This document shows, in pieces, positions 49,554 through 57,758 of a stretch of DNA of 64,000 nt; positions within the stretch are counted from its first letter, which is position 1, and the number at the start of each line of letters is the position of its first letter. The stretch is from sequence record CP104424.1, one strand, 5' to 3'. The notes below the pieces were generated by a model. The model did not search any database. It was not told where the DNA came from and saw only the letters and a program-made list of their open reading frames with translations. The stretch is from a plasmid. Both the position numbers and the translations under genes were made by a program.

Positions 49554-49643
49554 ATGAAACCGTACCAGAGATTCAACCCTGTGCAGTGTATAAATACACG
49601 GCACAATCGCTCCGCCATAAGCGACAGCTTGTGGCAGGTCTGA
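49554..49643 (+). CDS. repY: RepY leader peptide, 29 aa (MKPYQRFNPVQCINTRHNRSAISDSLWQV), translationally coupled to repZ
   Basis: 29-codon ORF just upstream of and overlapping the rep start, as in ColIb-P9/IncI-B-K replicons. Confidence 0.8.
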   Translation: MKPYQRFNPVQCINTRHNRSAISDSLWQV

Positions 49644-50662
49644 AGAATACTTCATATAACGCAGTACACTGGAGTCAGTTAGCACCCGAAGAGCAGATCC
49701 GTTTCTGGGAAGACTATGAAGCGGGAAGGGCGACCACTTTCCTGGTTGAACCGGAAAGGAAGCGCACGAAGCGCCGTCGCGGTGAGCACTCCACCAAACC
49801 CAAATGCGAAAATCCGTCCTGGTATCGTCCTGAGCGCTATAAAGCGCTGAAAGGGCAGCTCGGGCACGCCTATAACCGTCTGGTGAAAAAGGACCCGGTG
49901 ACCGGCGAGCAGAGCCTGCGCATGCGCATGTCGCGGCATCCTTTTTATGTACAGAAACGGACGTTCGTCGGTCGCAAATACGCTTTCCGGCCGGAAAAAC
50001 AACGTCTCCTCGATGCCATCTGGCCGGTTCTGGTCAGCTTCAGTGATGCCGGCACACATACCGTGGGGATGAGCGTCACTCGGCTGGCTGAAGAAATCAG
50101 CCCGAAAGACAGCGAGGGACATGTTATTCCGGAACTGGAAGTGACGGTCTCCCGTCTTTCCCGTCTGCTGGCCGAACAGGTGCGCTTTGGTGTGCTGGGG
50201 GTGTCAGAGGAAACAATGTGGGACCGTGAACATCGTCAGCGTCTGCCACGTTACGTCTGGATAACACCGGCAGGCTGGCAGATGCTGGGCGTCGACATGG
50301 TAAAACTTCACGAACAGCAGCAGAAACGACTGCGTGAAAGTGAAATCCGCCAGCAGCTCATTCGGGAAGGTGTTCTGCGTGAGGATGAAGATATCTCCGT
50401 TCATGCGGCCAGAAAACGCTGGTATCTGCAGCGCAGCCAGGATGCCCTGAAGAAGCGCCGAGAAAAAGCCGCAGCCAGCAAGCGTGCCAACCGCCTGAAG
50501 AAATTACCTGTTGACCAGCAGATTTATGAGATGGCTGAGTATCTCCGGAAGCGTCTGCCGCCGGATGAAGCCTATTTCTGTTCCGATGACCATCTGAAGC
50601 GACTGGCCATCAGGGAGTTGCGTCAGCTTGAACTGACGCTGGCTGCCCCGCCACCGCACTAG
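49631..50662 (+). CDS. repZ: RepZ replication initiator, 343 aa from GTG at 49631 (track ORF starts at ATG 49586, 358 aa)
   Basis: GTG lies 8 nt before the repY stop, which fits termination-coupled initiation and a 343-aa RepZ; basic Arg/Lys-rich initiator; followed by the CIS/ori region. Confidence 0.75.
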   Translation: MAGLKNTSYNAVHWSQLAPEEQIRFWEDYEAGRATTFLVEPERKRTKRRRGEHSTKPKCENPSWYRPERYKALKGQLGHAYNRLVKKDPVTGEQSLRMRMSRHPFYVQKRTFVGRKYAFRPEKQRLLDAIWPVLVSFSDAGTHTVGMSVTRLAEEISPKDSEGHVIPELEVTVSRLSRLLAEQVRFGVLGVSEETMWDREHRQRLPRYVWITPAGWQMLGVDMVKLHEQQQKRLRESEIRQQLIREGVLREDEDISVHAARKRWYLQRSQDALKKRREKAAASKRANRLKKLPVDQQIYEMAEYLRKRLPPDEAYFCSDDHLKRLAIRELRQLELTLAAPPPH

Positions 50663-51560
50663 ACAGCATCATTCCCTCAGCACTGAATCATCGCCAGCCC
50701 CTCCGGGGCTTTCGGCGCTGGTTCCGCTCAGCCCAAAATCTGCAGTAATCACCTTAAATCCCCTCAGAGGGGCATATCTGCCCATAAAACCACCTATCAG
50801 TCATCAGAACATGGCCACGTTGTTTCAGTTATCCACATAAATCCGCAAACAAAGAACTTTAAAAAGCTGCAAACCTGAAACAGCAAACCTGCAATATAAT
50901 CCTAACCCCATTATTTAATCCCCTGCGTTGCTTCGCCGCAGGGAAAGTCTTTATCTCTGAAACCACTGTGAACAAATACAAAGAGGCCTTCGCTTGCAGC
51001 GGCCAAGGCCGCGCCGCTCAGAATCTAAAAGCACCTCCCACGCTGACGCGCGGGCCCCGAACCTCACCGTTCTGAAACCACAACAAAAAGACATCAGGAA
51101 TAAAAACACCACACAAACGCAGCACCGTGCCTACCCCTCATAACTGAAAAGCGAGGCCGCCCCCGCCCGAAGGGCGGGAACAACATCGCTTTTAATTATG
51201 AATGTTGTAACTAAGAATCCTCATCGCTGTCAGTCTTCTGGCTGGAAGTCCTCAGTACACGCTCGTAAGCGGCCCTGACGGCCCGCTAACGCGGAGATAC
51301 GCCCCGACTTCGGGTAAACCCTCGTCGGGACCACTCCGACCGCGCACAGAAGCTCTGTCATGGCTGAAAACGGGTATGGCTTAGCAGGGCTGGGGATGGG
51401 TAAGGTGAAATCTATCAATCAGTACCGGCTGACGCCGGGCTTCGGCGGTTTTACTCCGGTATCACATGTAACCACAGCGTGCCGCCTTCCATGCCGCTGG
51501 CGCGGCATATCCTGGTGACGATATCTGAATCGTTATATACTGTGTATATACGTAGTAATG
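50663..51560. other. CIS/oriV region of the RepZ replicon (hairpin-rich, GC-rich blocks)
   Basis: Non-coding 0.9 kb after repZ with perfect hairpins (AGCCCCTCCGGGGCT 50693..50707; CCCGCCCGAAGGGCGGG 51158..51174; CCCGAC...GTCGGG near 51300). Confidence 0.45.
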
Positions 51561-51572
51561 ACGAGGTGATAA

Positions 51573-51842
51573 ATGGCACAGGTTAATATGAGTTTAAGAA
51601 TCGACGCTGAACTGAAGGATGCTTTTATGGCCGCTGCAAAAAGCATGGACCGTAATGGCTCTCAGTTAATTCGGGATTTTATGCGCCAGACCGTTGAACG
51701 GCAGCATAATACCTGGTTCCGTGACCAGGTTGCGGCAGGACGTCAGCAACTCGAGCGCGGCGATGTGCTTCCCCATGACATGGTCGAATCTTCTGCCGCT
51801 GCATGGCGGGATGAAATGAGCAGGAAGGTTTCCGATAAATGA
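51573..51842 (+). CDS. RelB/DinJ/ParD-type antitoxin (ribbon-helix-helix), 89 aa
   Basis: N-terminal RHH-like MAQVNMSLRIDAELKDAFMAAA; 4-bp overlap (ATGA) with the downstream toxin gene. Confidence 0.6.
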   Translation: MAQVNMSLRIDAELKDAFMAAAKSMDRNGSQLIRDFMRQTVERQHNTWFRDQVAAGRQQLERGDVLPHDMVESSAAAWRDEMSRKVSDK

Positions 51843-52120
51843 TGGAGATATTCTGGACCATGCTGGCCAGCCAGGACAGGAAGCGCATTCGTGAGTACAT
51901 TGCGGAGCAGAACCTGATGGCCGCCATTGAACTGGACGAACGGATTGGTTATTCAGCCAGCAGCCTGGCCGGGCAGCCGTATAAAGGTCGCAACGGTCGT
52001 GTGGAAGGAACCCGGGAACTGGTTATTCACCCCCATTTTGTTCTGGTTTATGAGGTCGACAGCCAGTGGGGAAAAGTGTATGTCCTGCGCGTGTTGCATA
52101 CCGCACAGAAGTGGCCATAA
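51839..52120 (+). CDS. RelE/ParE-family toxin, 93 aa
   Basis: Size, position and motifs (…RIREYI…GQPYKGRNGRVEGTRELVIHPHFVLVYEV…VLRVLH) typical of ParE/RelE. Confidence 0.6.
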   Translation: MMEIFWTMLASQDRKRIREYIAEQNLMAAIELDERIGYSASSLAGQPYKGRNGRVEGTRELVIHPHFVLVYEVDSQWGKVYVLRVLHTAQKWP

Positions 52121-52315
52121 AATTCCAGTCAGGAATAATACTTTTCATTTTTAGTTTACTGCTCCCCCAGTAAGAGCGATATATTCCGAACAGTCTTGTC
52201 TGGGAGGTATGGTGCAGTCAGCGAAGAACCGCCGAGAATCCTCGCCCAATGCGGGCGGGGAGCAGTCACCGGAGTCTTCGCCACCCGCCCTCTGTGCACT
52301 GACCGGGTGATCCTG

Positions 52316-52657
52316 TCAGTGAGCGTGGTTCTGCCACTTCATCCGAATTCTTTCTTCCAGTTTGCTATGCAATCCGCCTCCGATCCACTGGCTGACCAGA
52401 GCTGCTGTTGCAAATGAACAGAAAGTCAAGGCGAATCCATGTTTAAACGTCTCCGGTAGTTCCTGGCCGGCGTGCTGAGTGATGATGGAAAACCCTATAT
52501 ATATAATAAAGGTACAAAAAATTCCTGTGTGGGCGAGCCAGGCAAACCATTTGGCCACCCTGTATAACCCGTATTTCAATGGCATCTCCCGTTTAATATC
52601 ATGAATAATCATTGTATCTATCTTGTGGGTCAGAGATTGAAATTTTGTAAATATCAT
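52316..52657 (-). CDS. small polytopic membrane protein, 113 aa
   Basis: Three hydrophobic helices; ORF only. Confidence 0.4.
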   Translation of the reverse strand: MIFTKFQSLTHKIDTMIIHDIKREMPLKYGLYRVAKWFAWLAHTGIFCTFIIYIGFSIITQHAGQELPETFKHGFALTFCSFATAALVSQWIGGGLHSKLEERIRMKWQNHAH

Positions 52658-52677
52658 AAGTCCTTAGTCCATCTAAA

Positions 52678-53544
52678 GTGAGATTTACCGTATCTGAATA
52701 TATCAAAATGCTAAGGCAGAATCCCCGGAAATTTGTGTATTACTTCTGTAGCAGACACGGCAAAATCGTTGCATTACAGGTGCATCTGCTGGGGCGTCTG
52801 TTTATCGATGCATCAGATTTAATGTCTGACAGTTACTTTTCTGTATCACCCACACTCTCTGCTTTTTCATTGCTACTGTCATATTTATGTCTGTTGCGCG
52901 GTTTTATCTGTGTATATAAAATACATCTGTATTCATTGTTTTCTAAAAATTTGCGTATGTTGATAAAAAATCCGATTTCTTATTTCCATATTGGCACGTT
53001 TTTATTTTCAGGAAAAAAACGTCATCTTCTGGAATGCTGGAAAGCAGAAGTTATCATGCGGGATAAGTTTGTTTTTCACCGGCTTATCAGGAACGGTATG
53101 CAGAGGCAGAGAGGTTTTCTTCTGTGGTGGCGCCTGGCTAATGAAATGTATATATCGGGGAATAAAAAACAACGAAAATGTGCGATCAAGATAAAAAATG
53201 CGCTTATGGCGAAGTATGGATGTGATATTGGTCTGGGGGCGCAGATTGGTAAAGGCCTCGTGCTGCCCCACCATTCAGGCGTCGTCATTCACGGAAATGT
53301 AAAAATCGGTGAGAATGTGATTATACGGCAGAATACGACCATTGGCGAAAAGGAATCTGACAGCAGAGAGAATTATATCGTTATTGGTGATAATGTCGAT
53401 ATCGGTGCCCATACGTGTATTATCGGGCTTAACGTAAAAATAGGCAGTAATGTAAAAATTGGAGCCATGTCTTTTATTATGGAGGAGGTTCCGGATAACT
53501 GTACTTACGTTACCAGGAAAGAATCACGGGTAATTATGCGTTAA
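52678..53544 (+). CDS. left-handed beta-helix (hexapeptide-repeat) acyltransferase, CysE/NodL/LacA-like C-terminal half; up to 288 aa, start uncertain
   Basis: Tandem hexapeptide repeats GLGAQIGKGLVL.HHSGVVIHGNVKIGENVII...IVIGDNVDIGAHTCIIGLNVKIGSNVKIGAMSFI; gene is AT-rich relative to the backbone. Confidence 0.55.
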   Translation: MRFTVSEYIKMLRQNPRKFVYYFCSRHGKIVALQVHLLGRLFIDASDLMSDSYFSVSPTLSAFSLLLSYLCLLRGFICVYKIHLYSLFSKNLRMLIKNPISYFHIGTFLFSGKKRHLLECWKAEVIMRDKFVFHRLIRNGMQRQRGFLLWWRLANEMYISGNKKQRKCAIKIKNALMAKYGCDIGLGAQIGKGLVLPHHSGVVIHGNVKIGENVIIRQNTTIGEKESDSRENYIVIGDNVDIGAHTCIIGLNVKIGSNVKIGAMSFIMEEVPDNCTYVTRKESRVIMR

Positions 53545-53825
53545 TCATGATGATATTATTCACAGTTTTATTGTATTGTTGATTGAGAAATTTATACGTG
53601 CGGGGGGGATGGCCTGAGTACAGGAAGGAAGCCCCCGTGATTGTGGTGATTTTTTTGTTACTTTATTTCAGTATGCGGCAGATATCCATTGCATCCTTGC
53701 GGTCGCTTTTTTCCTTTCAAAAGGCAGTTACGTCGCTTCTGCCTTACATCTGATGAGCCTTTGGTGGCATCCATGAGTCTGTAAGCAGACTCTGATACAC
53801 AATGTCATGATGTTATCTGAAATGT

Positions 53826-54419
53826 TTATTGCTCAGTCTGCCGTTCCTTCATCCTGAGCCACCGTTGTTCTATTATCGCCAGTCTTTGAACAGCACTCTG
53901 TGCTTCAGTTTCTGAGACCTGCCCATCGGGATGACCATCCAGCCCATAACGAGGGACGCCGGCGACAGAGGTCCGCTGCAGATATACGCGGCGGGAGGTG
54001 ATGCAGGACACTGCACAGAGCCATTCGTCCATGGACAGTTCTGTATCCGGGCTTTCTGCCAGAAATGCCGAAATATCATTGCTTATGCCAATTTTCAGGG
54101 GAATAAATCCACCACCTTCAGCACGAAGATGAGGAAACAGGGCCTTTATTTTTTCCACGCACTCGTGAGTATACTCACGGGTCCAGTGGGAGGGACGTGG
54201 AAAACGGTGTCTTTTCTTTTTCTTCTTCCTGGCTGGCGCTTCGGGGATATGTGTTTCGACGGCAGATGAATTTATTCCGGCGGGGGCTGATTCTGCCGTC
54301 TGTTCAGTAAATACAGGTGCGATAATATCTGTTTTTTCGGATAAGGACGGTGGCGAAAAAGTTCGACGTTTTTTCACCACAATGACGGGAGTTTTCCTTT
54401 CTTCCTGATTTTTTCCCAT
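53826..54419 (-). CDS. FinO/ProQ-domain RNA-binding protein (FopA-like), 197 aa
   Basis: ProQ/FinO N-terminal-domain signature (...IKALFPHLRAEGGGFIPLKIGISNDI...) plus a basic KKKKKRHR tract. Confidence 0.55.
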   Translation of the reverse strand: MGKNQEERKTPVIVVKKRRTFSPPSLSEKTDIIAPVFTEQTAESAPAGINSSAVETHIPEAPARKKKKKRHRFPRPSHWTREYTHECVEKIKALFPHLRAEGGGFIPLKIGISNDISAFLAESPDTELSMDEWLCAVSCITSRRVYLQRTSVAGVPRYGLDGHPDGQVSETEAQSAVQRLAIIEQRWLRMKERQTEQ

Positions 54420-54772
54420 AAATACCTCGGCTGGCTGGTTTTACTCTTTAATAATATCACAATCCATAAATTAGTAAATTTCCCATCAGGTGATTTTTCA
54501 TGGCTAATAAGTCCATTCTCTGAATATTTATACTCGAGGTAGTTACAGTTATGGCATGACAGTCGAATTGATATTCTACTGAACCCTGACAGAAACATGG
54601 TTGATATATTCTCTCACTTTAATGTTGTCATGATATAAATAAAAACAATTCATTTGAAAGGATATCAGAAGAAGATATCGGGGCGCACAGTTCATCTCTG
54701 CCTTTGTTTCATGGGGTGTTCTTTGTATATTTTACTTACTGTTTAAGCATGTACATAAGGAGTGCTTTCATT

Positions 54773-56119
54773 ATGCCAATGATACTTGTAAAGAAGAATC
54801 CCCGGGGCAAAGTGATTCGGGAGCTTAGCAGTGAGGAAGAGACTGCAGTAAAGACGGTCTGTGGACTGAAAAAGCCAGCAACCATGGCACTACATAACCT
54901 GGCCAATGATATTCTCCGGGAAATGCGTGAGTATGATGCATGGTTACAGTGTGACTGTATTCCGGGAGATTCGCCGGCCATGAATTTTGCTGCTCTTAAA
55001 AACAATACGGGTACTCTTTATCTGTCCAGTTTTAATCATGAGCATGCACCTGAATGCCCCATGTATCGTCAGTTATCCGGAAATGAAGAGGAAACATCTT
55101 CCGGAGCAAGCCGGCATCCCGTTAGCACCCGTATAAATTACAGAAACTTTTTACCACCTGATGACAGTAATTCTGTTATCAGACTGCAGGCCCGCTCTGC
55201 TTACCATAATGGTGAGAGCTCCTCCGTTCGCAAGAAACGTCCGCGCCTTGCCCGTTTACTCCTGTCGCTTATTGACGATGCTGGGCTGAATAAACTGGAT
55301 TCCCTGGCTAATCCCCGTATCCGGACTAATTATCGTGAGTGTCTTGATGCCATACGGCAGGTTACACTGCAGCAGGAGTATATTCGGGGAAGATCCTTAT
55401 CTGAAATTATCCATTTCCGGCCTGGAATGTCTGAAAGGTCTCAGGAGCGGTTAATGGAAACGCTGGAGAATTCAGAACGACACTGGCCTGCCAGAAGAAA
55501 ACATATGTTCTTTCAGATTTTTATGGCGCAGCACATCTGTCGTGATGCTGTGGAAATTCACTGGGCGAACGGTAATATTCAGGTCATCAGACCTGTGCGG
55601 GGGATCAGTATTAATGGTGAAGCGCAGGGCGGAATACGTCCCCCTTACTGGGTTATTCTTGCTTTTTGCCGGAGTGCCGATGGCAGAATCATCTGCAGTG
55701 AAGGGTATGCTCATGCTCTTTATCAACTGACATGTCCGGTGCCTGTGGACAGCAAACTGGAACGAAACACGCTCACTGCTCTTCTGAATGTGGTCAGCTG
55801 GCTTAAAAGAAAGCCAGGTACGCCGGAATTAAGTCTGGAAAGGCCCCTGTTTGATACAGAAGTTTATGTTAATGGTGAAAAGAAATATGTCCTGCCGGAT
55901 TTCATTGTCACAGCAAGGGCTCCTGACGGAAAGACGGCCAGAGTGGTCATCGAAACGATGGGATATGAAGACAGTGATTACTGCGCGAGAAAATCCAGGC
56001 AGCATACCGGCATGAAGCAGATTGGTGTTCTGCATACCGATCCACCGAAATGGCTGGATAACGATCATCCCCCTTTTGAGAAACATATGTACGGTGTTTT
56101 TATGCATCTCAGGTACTGA
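54773..56119 (+). CDS. yagA-like hypothetical protein, 448 aa, with Cys/His cluster and a C-terminal TnsA-like PD-(D/E)xK-type motif
   Basis: AAGGAG RBS before MPMILVKK; CDCIPG...NHEHAPECPMY cluster; C-terminal ...EKKYVLPDFIVTARAPDGKTARVVIETMGYED resembles the YYPDLLIATVDGRCLLMEVKP motif of the IS1-disrupted protein. Confidence 0.5.
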   Translation: MPMILVKKNPRGKVIRELSSEEETAVKTVCGLKKPATMALHNLANDILREMREYDAWLQCDCIPGDSPAMNFAALKNNTGTLYLSSFNHEHAPECPMYRQLSGNEEETSSGASRHPVSTRINYRNFLPPDDSNSVIRLQARSAYHNGESSSVRKKRPRLARLLLSLIDDAGLNKLDSLANPRIRTNYRECLDAIRQVTLQQEYIRGRSLSEIIHFRPGMSERSQERLMETLENSERHWPARRKHMFFQIFMAQHICRDAVEIHWANGNIQVIRPVRGISINGEAQGGIRPPYWVILAFCRSADGRIICSEGYAHALYQLTCPVPVDSKLERNTLTALLNVVSWLKRKPGTPELSLERPLFDTEVYVNGEKKYVLPDFIVTARAPDGKTARVVIETMGYEDSDYCARKSRQHTGMKQIGVLHTDPPKWLDNDHPPFEKHMYGVFMHLRY

Positions 56120-56562
56120 GATATTTTGTGGCTCAGTTCTGTAACTTTTCCCGTAACATTGTCTGTTGTTACGGGAAAGTCCGGTTTTTGTATTGCACCA
56201 GAGAATACTCAGACTGTGATGCTGCCACAGCGTCAGCAGGCTTTCTGAACGGTGTAACATTACTTCATGTTAATGATAATCACTATCATTAAGTCTTGAC
56301 ATGCCATTTTCTCCTTAATAAATTAATAATGTATATGTATCCATATACGTAAGCAGTTAATTCATTTGTTTTCCTCAGAGGATGAAGGAGATACCGAATG
56401 TCTGACCCTGTACGGGGTTCAGTGAGTTAGCTGGCCTGGATGTAACCACTCGTTCAACTCAATTCTCTTAGCGTGGGAAAATTTCCCTTTTCCAAGCGGA
56501 CCCCTATTAATATTTGTTTTGTTTTAGGTTCTATTCAACATAGGTCATCCTAAAATACATTG

Positions 56563-56640
56563 AAGATAACAAGATAACAAGATAACAAGATAACAAGATA
56601 ACAAGGTGTTATCTTGTTATCTCAAGGTGTTATCTTTGTT
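56563..56640. repeat. partition-site iterons: 5 direct AGATAACA repeats followed by inverted TGTTATCT copies
   Basis: Seen directly; immediately downstream of the small ParB-like gene. Confidence 0.7.
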
Positions 56641-56932
56641 TTACTTCTGCTATCAATCGTGATACCTCTGTTTTTGATAGTGTTTTAAGTGCTTCTACCG
56701 CCGCCCTGACAACATCAGAACGATTCACTCTGCCTTTACCTGAAACCATCTCAGCCGTTATAAGGGCATCAATGTCTTTTAGGTTTTCTTCAAAAAAAGA
56801 AATACTCACTGGTTTTGCTTTGCTTACAACCGATGATTTATCTGATGACTTTTTGGTATTATCAAGGCCAGCCGTGCCACCGTTAATAAATGCTGCCTCG
56901 TCACGAGGTGAAGTGTTTGCTCTATTTCTCAC
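56630..56932 (-). CDS. small ParG/ParB-like centromere-binding protein, 100 aa
   Basis: Translationally coupled (4-bp overlap) to parA; size and basic N-terminus typical of type Ib partner proteins. Confidence 0.5.
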   Translation of the reverse strand: MRNRANTSPRDEAAFINGGTAGLDNTKKSSDKSSVVSKAKPVSISFFEENLKDIDALITAEMVSGKGRVNRSDVVRAAVEALKTLSKTEVSRLIAEVKQR

Positions 56933-57555
56933 AGAATAACCTCTTTCACTAACGCTTCGATTTCTTGCTGGGCTTTATCATTTTGCGTTTCAAAAATTGT
57001 CATTGATTCGGCCCAAGCATCTCGATGTGCTTTACGATCACATACCCGGGAGTTTGCCAGATGCATTTCAGGGTAATCCTTAAGTACTTCAGCTGCCTCA
57101 TTGGCTTCATTAACAAACATATTTGTGGGCGTCATGTTTAAAACGAGATATCCCCGAACATCCTCATTAAAATCTTTTGCTGCTGTAAAAACGGAGCATG
57201 TATGAGGCACAACATCCAGGTCCATCTGAGATGGGCGCAAAGGAGAAATGAATACATCTGCGGCCATCAATCCACTACGCATTTCTGCGCTATCACGGCC
57301 AGCACAGTCTGCAATAACAAAATCATAGGATTTTTCGTGTTCCTTTAACATGGCTTTGATGTTACCTGTCGCGCCTGTAACCGGAATATGAGGGAGATCT
57401 TCAGGGCGATTGTTGTACCAGGTTAATACTGATTTCTGGTCATCTGCGTCGACAATAATCACTCTATTGCCTAGTGACATCAGATACGCAGCTATAGATA
57501 CCGCCAGTGTACTTTTACCTACCCCACCCTTTTGACTACCTAATACTATTATCAT
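56929..57555 (-). CDS. parA: ParA/ParF-type Walker partition ATPase, 208 aa
   Basis: Deviant Walker A GSQKGGVGKST; A' and B motifs present. Confidence 0.75.
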   Translation of the reverse strand: MIIVLGSQKGGVGKSTLAVSIAAYLMSLGNRVIIVDADDQKSVLTWYNNRPEDLPHIPVTGATGNIKAMLKEHEKSYDFVIADCAGRDSAEMRSGLMAADVFISPLRPSQMDLDVVPHTCSVFTAAKDFNEDVRGYLVLNMTPTNMFVNEANEAAEVLKDYPEMHLANSRVCDRKAHRDAWAESMTIFETQNDKAQQEIEALVKEVIL

Positions 57556-57680
57556 TATAGCCTCATATTAAGCTGTTAAGTTAACAACTTAATATTGCCA
57601 TCTGAACGCGAACCATGCAATTATTTTTGTTATGTTAACAACTTAGCAAGTTGTTAAGTATTTGATTTATAGATTAATTA

Positions 57681-57738
57681 AGATAACAAGATAACAAGAT
57701 AACAGGATAGCAAGATAACAAGATAACAGGATAGCAAT
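57681..57738. repeat. second AGATAACA / GGATAGCA iteron block upstream of parA
   Basis: AGATAACAAGATAACAAGATAACAGGATAGCAAGATAACAAGATAACAGGATAGCA. Confidence 0.7.
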
Positions 57739-57758
57739 ATTATGGATGGATTACATAT

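Noticed and set aside
50940-51480. Considered a retron msr/msd, group II intron fragment or other structured RNA in the GC-rich palindromic region after repZ
   Set aside because: No reverse transcriptase or intron-encoded ORF nearby; the location matches the CIS/ori of RepZ-type replicons, where hairpins are expected.
56563-57738. Considered whether the AGATAACA tandem repeats could be a CRISPR array
   Set aside because: Unit is 8 bp with no spacers and no cas genes; they flank a parA-parB operon and behave as iterons.
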